From positions 2,136 through 66,135 of the forward strand of contig JAHBAU020000005.1 in NCBI GenBank assembly GCA_018499905.2: DNA of 64,000 nt, given 5' to 3'. Below, piece after piece: positions 47,034-53,416 of this stretch. The position numbers were made by a program, and so were the translations under genes. Within the stretch, counting starts at the first letter, position 1. Each line of letters opens with the position of its first letter. The notes under the pieces were generated by a model. The model was not told the DNA's origin and searched no databases. It was given only the letters and a program-made list of their open reading frames with translations. This stretch comes from Candidatus Saccharimonadota bacterium (GTDB lineage Bacteria > Patescibacteriota > Saccharimonadia > Saccharimonadales > AQU-01).

Positions 47034-48887
47034 GTGAAACTGAAAGCGTTTAGAGTAAAGAATTTCAAGTCAATCATTGATTCTGGATTGACTCATCTTT
47101 CAGTGGACTACATTACTACGGTTATAGGTCAAAATGAGTCTGGCAAGTCAGCACTTATTGAAGCTCTCGATAGTTATTTTAAGGGAGTTATATTAGAAAA
47201 AGACATAAGACATGATGATGGAGATTTACCGTCTGTTGATTGTGTATATGCAACGAGTGAAGCAGAAATCAGAACGATACTTGATGAGTATCAATTACCA
47301 GAGGCAGTGGTGCAAGCATTACGTGCGAACTCATGGGAGTTTACCTTACAGCGAACATGGGTTACTGATTTAGCTAAAGGTGAACTGAGCCTCATTCTGC
47401 CATCACTAACAGATGATGATTTTACATACTCGGAAAGCGAATCCGAGCAGGAAAAAGAAACTCCAAGTCCTGAGGAACCAGACCTACCACCTGAGCCAAA
47501 GAAAAAACAGCTGACAGTAAAAGCCATGACTGATCTATTATTCGAGAACGTGCCCATCATAATATTTTTTGACAAACAAGAGCACATACTTCCAGCGACC
47601 ATTGACATTAAAAGTCTCAATACTTCAAAATCCGTTAAAGGAAAAGCAGCCGCACTAAACTTTTTAAAGCTTGTCGGTCTTGACGACTTAACTTACTTTA
47701 ACGATCGTAAAAATAGAGCCAAAATACAACACAAAATAGAGAAAGAAGCCATAAAGTTCACAAAAGACTTTCAAGTTTTCTGGCAACAGGAAATAGGTGC
47801 AAGCATCACAGGTTCTCAAAATGTTAAGGGAGAGAAAGTCGAGATAAAATTTGGCGTTGATGCCCATGATGGTGGCGAAGAAGCAGGAACAGGCTCCTAT
47901 CTTTATTTTATTGTAGGAGATGGCAAACAACTTTTGCATCCTGATCAGCGTAGTGATGGCATGCGATGGTACATCTCATTTTATCTACAGCTCAGAGCCT
48001 ATTCTCAAAATGGCGAGAGGCCACAAGTGATAGTCATGGATGAGCCTGGACAGTTCTTACATGCAAGTGCACAAGAGGACTTATTGAAGCTATTCGAAGC
48101 TGAAGCAAATGAAAACGTAAACATCATATACACCACCCACTCTCCGTTTATGGTTGGACAAGGAGATAAAATTAATAGAATCATTGCTGCTCAACGATCA
48201 CCACACAAAAAGAATGACGGATACAGTCATACGGAAATTATGAGTGGTTTTGAGCTCGGTGCTGCTTCAAGAAATACACTATTCCCATTAATGGCTCATA
48301 TGGGTATGAGATTGTCAGATCAGGAAGTTATAAAGCGAGAGAATAACTTAATTACTGAAGAAATATCAGCTACTTACTATATCAAGGCATTCCTACTACT
48401 GAATGGAAAAGACATAGATGTAAATATCATAGCTTCGACTGGTGCTGATAATGTGCCACAGTTATGTTATGAGTTTTTGGGTTGGGGGCTTAAATTCAGC
48501 GTACTACTAGACGGTGATAAAAAGGGAGAAAAAGTACGTAATAATTTAAAGCGCGATTTATTTTTAGATGATGACGAAATAGCCAACAAGAATGTTTATC
48601 GAATGCGTGGTCATAACGGCATCGAGGATATTTTTACCCAAAAGGATTTTAAGAAACATGTCTTAGGCGATGAATCGGTGTCATATACTGGCGATAATTC
48701 AAAATACGTAGATGAGCAAAAACTTCCCAAAGCTGTTCTTGCAGCAATATTCTTGCAGAAAGTTAAGGAAGGTCATATTGCAATCGAGGGAGATGACGGA
48801 CTCATGCCAACTACGAAAACAAATATACAAAAAGTAGTAAACGCTGTAGAAAAGTTAATTTCTAATCAGGCAAGTCGCTCTGAGTAG
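47034..48887 (+). CDS. OLD-family ATP-dependent nuclease (ABC/AAA_15-type ATPase plus C-terminal Toprim)
   Basis: GTG start after GAGGTAAAAG. FRVKNFKSI N-terminus, Walker A GQNESGKS, signature-like SDGMRWYISFYLQL, Walker B VIVMDEPGQFLH, THSPFM. Toprim-like ITEE...VLLDGDKKG...GIEDIF. Confidence 0.75.
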   Translation: MKLKAFRVKNFKSIIDSGLTHLSVDYITTVIGQNESGKSALIEALDSYFKGVILEKDIRHDDGDLPSVDCVYATSEAEIRTILDEYQLPEAVVQALRANSWEFTLQRTWVTDLAKGELSLILPSLTDDDFTYSESESEQEKETPSPEEPDLPPEPKKKQLTVKAMTDLLFENVPIIIFFDKQEHILPATIDIKSLNTSKSVKGKAAALNFLKLVGLDDLTYFNDRKNRAKIQHKIEKEAIKFTKDFQVFWQQEIGASITGSQNVKGEKVEIKFGVDAHDGGEEAGTGSYLYFIVGDGKQLLHPDQRSDGMRWYISFYLQLRAYSQNGERPQVIVMDEPGQFLHASAQEDLLKLFEAEANENVNIIYTTHSPFMVGQGDKINRIIAAQRSPHKKNDGYSHTEIMSGFELGAASRNTLFPLMAHMGMRLSDQEVIKRENNLITEEISATYYIKAFLLLNGKDIDVNIIASTGADNVPQLCYEFLGWGLKFSVLLDGDKKGEKVRNNLKRDLFLDDDEIANKNVYRMRGHNGIEDIFTQKDFKKHVLGDESVSYTGDNSKYVDEQKLPKAVLAAIFLQKVKEGHIAIEGDDGLMPTTKTNIQKVVNAVEKLISNQASRSE

Positions 48888-48965
48888 TTTCTTCTAAAGA
48901 TGACTCTATATCGATAAGTATTTTGAAAAACTCAACTAATGATTTTATATCTGAGTCCGATAAAC

Positions 48966-49391
48966 TCATTGGTTAAATTCCGGCACGATCAAAGTTGGTT
49001 CAGGCACTGGAGATAACTCTACTTGGTTATTCTCGCGCTCAATTCGCAAACGTCCTAATTCTGCTTCTGATAAGGCGAACCATGCCCCAAAGAACAATAA
49101 CCAAGCGATGATAAATAGAATAATTACTTTTAAGATTCGCCACCATAGCTTTTGCTTAGGCTTAGATTGTTTACGTCTTATGTAGTAGTTAGCTAATAAG
49201 ATAGTGATGATAAGTAAAAATAGTCTCGTATACGGAAAGATTGGGTAAAGAAATGTTTGTAGTTGATTCTCTAGAAGTGTAAGTATCGTTTCAAAAACAA
49301 AATTTCCAAAAATAAATAACAGAACCGCACTTGCATAGACTTTGATTTTATTGACTTTGTGTTGAGGCTTTTCTTCTTCTGGCATAGACAC
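48966..49391 (-). CDS. Small 3-TM membrane protein, hypothetical (island cargo)
   Basis: AAAGGAG RBS 7 nt upstream of the ATG. Three hydrophobic helices separated by basic loops (RRKQSKPKQKLWWR). Confidence 0.6.
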   Translation of the reverse strand: MSMPEEEKPQHKVNKIKVYASAVLLFIFGNFVFETILTLLENQLQTFLYPIFPYTRLFLLIITILLANYYIRRKQSKPKQKLWWRILKVIILFIIAWLLFFGAWFALSEAELGRLRIERENNQVELSPVPEPTLIVPEFNQ

Positions 49392-49413
49392 TCCTTTTTA
49401 TTTGGGGTGTCGT

Positions 49414-49443
49414 AAATAAAAAGGACAACCCCTCTAGGTTGTC
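49414..49443 (-). terminator. Terminator-like hairpin between the HEPN-motif gene and the 3-TM gene
   Basis: Minus strand reads GACAACC-TAGAGGG-GTTGTC followed by CTTTTTATTT. It ends about 22 nt upstream of the 49391 start codon. Confidence 0.5.
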
Positions 49444-49573
49444 TACACCAGCACAAGGTTGTACCCTTGCGTTTTTCGAGAGATTGCCCTTTTTGGGTAC
49501 AACCAATCGAAGATTGGCTTATTTACAAGCTTGTACTGATGTAGACCTCTTTATAATAACAGAGGTTGAACTG

Positions 49574-50734
49574 TTATTTAGAGTCTTTTGGACGTTTCTT
49601 CTCAAGCTCTTCTTTTATTTCTTCCATGAGGTCTTTAAGGCTAGGGTGATATCCATCCGGATACATATCGCTAAACATGGGTTCTCTTTCTGTAGTTCGA
49701 GGTATCAATGCCTTTGAGTCGATCTTACCTCCGACTGCCTTTATCATTTCTTTTCTAAATAAATGCTCTGGCAGATCAAGCTCTTCGGGCTTAATAAAAC
49801 CAACTCCTAGGCGAACCTGCTCTTGCTCTAAATCTTTGATAATTTCAAATAAAATATCAACTAAATCACGACACTTCTCTACAGCTTCCTTACTTTCACT
49901 ATACTGAAAGTTAGTTATTGCAAAGCGATGCACTGCGCGGTTTCTTACATCGTACAGTTCGTTTATCCGTTTGAAGAAAAGCACTTTATCGTAGTTAGGA
50001 AAGACAACTTCATCTTCGGCAAGCTTATATATACCACGCTCCGTTATGAATTTACCGCCTTCTTTTTGCTCAAATAATTCTCGGAAATCCGGATCAACTC
50101 TTTTTGTCTTTCTCACATTAATTCTTGTAAGCAATATCGAGTATCTTAACTGTGTGTCTAACAGTGCTACAAGTAGTATAAGTGCTTCCAGATAGTCACG
50201 AGTGTTATCAAGCTCGTCCATAGAGTCACGGAATAGTAGTGTAAGGGACATGAATGCACTCATGAAATTATCAAACGGGTACTGATCGAGGTGGTTCTTG
50301 TAGTCTGCCTGCTTAAAATCATTAAACTTACTTATATTATCTTCAATGAGCTTCTTGAGATATTCTGCATCCTTTTCGAGACCTTTTACAGTGCCTTTAT
50401 CCTTTAAGCCAAAAGAACCAACTGAAACTCTGTAATCTTTCCAGTCATATATACGAAGAAAACCGTTCTCAGACATTGCAAAGTATTCCCAAGTTGTCTT
50501 ATCGTCAACAAAGCGCATGCCGGCTGCTTCCATAATGTCAACGTATGCTACATCAAAAATGAATTCTAGAAAGTGGAAAGCGATTCTTGGATTAACATCA
50601 ACATGCAAAATTCCACTTCCGCCCCAAGGCTTAGGCAGGTCATCAGCTGTTTCCACGAAAGCAAAGCGATCCTGAAGTTGCTTTCGGATTGTCTTTAACT
50701 CTTTGAGTAGTTTTGAACTATCATTGTCACTCAC
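49574..50734 (-). CDS. Uncharacterised 386-aa protein with C-terminal HEPN-type RNxxxH motif (putative RNase effector)
   Basis: GTG start. LYDVRNRAVHRF (RNRAVH encoded at 49928-49945) sits in a helical C-terminal half. The N-terminal ~200 aa have no recognisable domain. Confidence 0.55.
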   Translation of the reverse strand: MSDNDSSKLLKELKTIRKQLQDRFAFVETADDLPKPWGGSGILHVDVNPRIAFHFLEFIFDVAYVDIMEAAGMRFVDDKTTWEYFAMSENGFLRIYDWKDYRVSVGSFGLKDKGTVKGLEKDAEYLKKLIEDNISKFNDFKQADYKNHLDQYPFDNFMSAFMSLTLLFRDSMDELDNTRDYLEALILLVALLDTQLRYSILLTRINVRKTKRVDPDFRELFEQKEGGKFITERGIYKLAEDEVVFPNYDKVLFFKRINELYDVRNRAVHRFAITNFQYSESKEAVEKCRDLVDILFEIIKDLEQEQVRLGVGFIKPEELDLPEHLFRKEMIKAVGGKIDSKALIPRTTEREPMFSDMYPDGYHPSLKDLMEEIKEELEKKRPKDSK

Positions 50735-51029
50735 TACATTAATTTAAACAGCTAACAGTAGTAAAAGTCCATATAACTGGCTTGCTCTCTGCATCGATGT
50801 CCTATAACACCCCCCTGTGTTTTCTGACAACTGTCGAGCGAAGCCGAAGAGCGTTGCACAATGTCGAATATTGTGCGATGACCCAGTTGCACTGTTCATG
50901 TCGCAAAAGAACTTTTGCGATCTTGAGCGCGCTTGCCGATGTGCCCCACCTTCTCTTTTGCTCTTCCGTTTTCTGTACCAAGTGCTCACACAAAATTTTT
51001 TCTAGAATCGAGTGTCTATAATAAAGAGT

Positions 51030-51491
51030 ATGGCAAAGAGTAATAACCGACAGCCAACCCATGAAGAGCTTCTAGCGATGACGTACAAGCAATTATTAGA
51101 GCTAAATCTTAAAGTAGATTTAATGGACAGGAAGCTAGAGAACCTTCAACATGATATTAGTCAGAGTACGTTCGTGCGTAGTGAACTTATTAAACTCAGG
51201 TTTGACCATAAAACAGACGAGCTTTATATCACTGAGTTTTTCAAAATACCATTTGAGGGTAACGAAGCGGTTTTGTTACGAGCAATGTTTAAGCTGTCTA
51301 ATGGTCTACCTAAGAAGTCGGTCAAGTTCTATACGGCTGAATTGGCAGGTTCTTTTAAGAAAGATACAGACGGGCTTAAAACAGCATCTTCAGTACATGG
51401 AACAATAAAAAGAATAGATGCAACCGTAAAGCACAGGACAATGGGCTTGGAAATCTTCAAAATCAAAACTAAAGTTTTCTTTTTTCTGTAA
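51030..51491 (+). CDS. Putative winged-helix DNA-binding protein (island regulator)
   Basis: The C-terminal half NEAVLLRAMFKLSNGLPKKSVKFYTAELAG...SSVHGTIKRIDATVKH resembles an OmpR/CadC-type wHTH. The N-terminus is coiled coil. Confidence 0.4.
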   Translation: MAKSNNRQPTHEELLAMTYKQLLELNLKVDLMDRKLENLQHDISQSTFVRSELIKLRFDHKTDELYITEFFKIPFEGNEAVLLRAMFKLSNGLPKKSVKFYTAELAGSFKKDTDGLKTASSVHGTIKRIDATVKHRTMGLEIFKIKTKVFFFL

Positions 51492-51549
51492 TTTACAGAT
51501 AAGAAATTCACGAAAATTCACATTGTGGCTGATTTGCTTTAATGAGCTA

Positions 51550-51732
51550 ATGAAGCTCCGAAGCGATACGGTCATCTCAATCGATCAAGCGAAAAAATTG
51601 CTTGGCGATGAAGCTTTGTCTATGACCGATGAAGAGATTCAAGATCTCATAGATGACTTTGATGTTATAGCTCAATACACTATCAAAATGGTTCAAGAGT
51701 TTGATAATAATGAAAGTAAACAGATGCAATAA
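51550..51732 (+). CDS. Small acidic protein (60 aa) immediately upstream of the recombinase
   Basis: ATG-initiated ORF (MKLRSDTVISIDQAKKLLGDEALSMTDEEIQDLIDDFD...). Its stop is 8 nt before the recombinase ORF. Confidence 0.4.
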   Translation: MKLRSDTVISIDQAKKLLGDEALSMTDEEIQDLIDDFDVIAQYTIKMVQEFDNNESKQMQ

Positions 51733-51740
51733 ATGATAAA

Positions 51741-53303
51741 ATGGTTCTAAGTATGCAATGTGTAGGTTATGTAAGGGTATCAACCGAAGAACAAGTGCAC
51801 GGCACTAGCCTAGACATGCAACAAAAGGCTTGCTTTGACTTTGCAAAGTCAAACGGCTGGGAACTACCAAAAGAAAATATCTTTCGTGATGAGGGACAAT
51901 CAGCAAAAGCAACCAATAGACCACAGTTACTGGCGATGCTCGAATTTTGTAGGAAGAATAAGGGCAAAATAGATAAGTGCATTGTTTGGAAGCTCGATAG
52001 ATTTGCGCGTAACTCAGATGATCATGTATTGATACGCACGGCTCTAAAAAAGAACGGCGTCAGTTTAGTTTCCGTAACTGAGCCTATTGATCAAAGCCCG
52101 ACTGGAAAGCTCATGGAAACGATGCTCTCAGGCTTCGCAGAGTTCGACAATGACATCAGAACGTTTAGAACTACTGAAGGTATGAAAAAACGCCTAGAGC
52201 AAGGTGGTTGGCCTCATGATGCGCCAATCGGCTATGTGAAGTCCAAGACCTCGCAAGGAATCACAAGTATTTCGCCAGACCCAGACATGGCACCTATTGT
52301 GAAGGAATTTTTAGAAACTTTTGCTACTGGTCAATATACAGTTAAGCAAGCAAAAGACTTAGCTTTTGAAATGGGATTAAAAGGTAAAAAGGGTAATAAG
52401 CGTACATGGCAGACTACAGAGAATATGCTGAAAAACCCAATATATGCCGGCTACATTCAATCTAAATATACAGATTACAAAAGGTTGGCAGGCTTACACC
52501 AAGCACTGATAGCACCAGATATTTTTGAAAAGAATCAGAGAATACTTTCTGGCAAAAACAGAATACAGTTCAAAAACGATGATTCAGAGTACCCACTGCG
52601 TAGAGATTTCTTAAAGTGTGGCTACTGTGAAAAGTTTGTAACAGGTAGTGCTCCTCGTGGAAACGGCGGAAGATACCCTCGCTATGGCTGTATGTACTGT
52701 AAATCATCAAAGATTGGTGGAAAGAAAGTTAGTAAAAGTAGCGAAGAGGTTCACAAGGAATTTAGATACATATTGTCGAGGATTCGATACAACGAAGGAA
52801 GACTAAAACTATTCAAACAAATTGTGCTAACTCGTTGGTGTGATGAGTATGATGACGCTTTAAAATCGGCTCATGAAATTAATCAAGACATCGACAAACT
52901 CAAAGCAGAACGTTCACGTACTATTCGTAAGTTTACTGCTGATCAAATCAGTTATCAGGAGAAAGAATCAGTAGTAAAAGATATAGATACTGAGATTGAG
53001 AACCTAGAGAACAAGAAGCTTGAAGCTGATATCTATGCTAATCAAAAAGAGAAGATCGTTGAAAATGCTATTTTGTTCATGGAAGACCCATCTGAGTTCT
53101 GGAACCGAGCACCTTTACAGATACAGAAACGTGTTCAACGCATCATTTTTCCAGAAGGTTTGAGCTATGACTTCGAAAATGGTTTTGGAACCGTAAAAGT
53201 CAACGAATCTTATCTGTTAATAAACAAAATAGCCGGCGAGCCGGCTATAAATTCTATCGTGGTAGCGGGGCCAGGACTCGAACCTGGGACCTCGTGGTTA
53301 TGA
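51741..53303 (+). CDS. Large serine recombinase/integrase
   Basis: Catalytic GYVRVSTEEQ, resolvase domain, recombinase domain, zinc ribbon CGYCEKFV...YGCMYC, and coiled coil. The last ~14 codons are the complement of the tRNA. Confidence 0.9.
   Translation: MVLSMQCVGYVRVSTEEQVHGTSLDMQQKACFDFAKSNGWELPKENIFRDEGQSAKATNRPQLLAMLEFCRKNKGKIDKCIVWKLDRFARNSDDHVLIRTALKKNGVSLVSVTEPIDQSPTGKLMETMLSGFAEFDNDIRTFRTTEGMKKRLEQGGWPHDAPIGYVKSKTSQGITSISPDPDMAPIVKEFLETFATGQYTVKQAKDLAFEMGLKGKKGNKRTWQTTENMLKNPIYAGYIQSKYTDYKRLAGLHQALIAPDIFEKNQRILSGKNRIQFKNDDSEYPLRRDFLKCGYCEKFVTGSAPRGNGGRYPRYGCMYCKSSKIGGKKVSKSSEEVHKEFRYILSRIRYNEGRLKLFKQIVLTRWCDEYDDALKSAHEINQDIDKLKAERSRTIRKFTADQISYQEKESVVKDIDTEIENLENKKLEADIYANQKEKIVENAILFMEDPSEFWNRAPLQIQKRVQRIIFPEGLSYDFENGFGTVKVNESYLLINKIAGEPAINSIVVAGPGLEPGTSWL
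53252..53266. repeat. Putative attR (element-side arm TTCTATCG plus core TGGTAGC)
   Basis: Read directly from the sequence. The core is the complement of the tRNA 3' terminus GCTACCA. Confidence 0.65.
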
Positions 53304-53334
53304 GCCACGCGAGCTGCCGCTGCTCCACCCCGCG
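53260..53334 (-). tRNA. tRNA(CAU), initiator (fMet)-like, CCA encoded
   Basis: 5' CGCGGGGTGGAGCAGCGGCAGCTCGCGTGGCTCATAACCACGAGGTCCCAGGTTCGAGTCCTGGCCCCGCTACCA. Close to the E. coli tRNA-fMet acceptor and D arm, with a C1/U72 mismatch and an A11:U24 pair. Confidence 0.9.
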
Positions 53335-53358
53335 ATATTCTTGTGTAGAGCGTTGCTA

Positions 53359-53387
53359 ATTTTAGCACCAAAGAAGTAAAAGAGCAA
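53359..53387 (-). promoter_or_regulatory. Sigma70-like promoter for the initiator tRNA
   Basis: Minus strand reads TTGCTC, 17 nt, TAAAAT. The -10 ends about 24 nt upstream of the tRNA 5' end. Confidence 0.45.
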
Positions 53388-53416
53388 CAGATGGAGCGGT
53401 ACTAGAAAACTTGCAG

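Larger units (their letters stand above)
46809..53266. mobile_element. Integrative island of about 6.45 kb (serine-recombinase type) inserted at the tRNA(CAU) 3' end
   Basis: 7-bp direct repeat TGGTAGC at both ends, with inverted TTCTATCG/CGATAGAA arms just inside. AT-rich relative to the flanks. Carries the recombinase and defence-like cargo. Confidence 0.75.

Noticed and set aside
47034-50734. Assignment of the island cargo to Gabija, PARIS, Septu or a retron system
   Set aside because: No UvrD-like helicase (GajB), DUF4435 Toprim partner (AriB), HNH partner (PtuB) or reverse transcriptase/msr-msd is present in or next to the island. Only the OLD family assignment itself is supported.
50744-51062. 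Four overlapping 62-86-aa ORFs on both strands in the island's divergent intergenic region
   Set aside because: They overlap each other in several frames, lack RBSs and have Cys/Arg-rich improbable products. The region is better explained as operator or structured-RNA DNA (reported as a finding instead).
53260-53303. C-terminal 14 residues of the recombinase as a genuine conserved protein segment
   Set aside because: They are encoded by the complement of the tRNA and exist only because of the integration junction. Interpreted as a junction-derived tail, not a domain.
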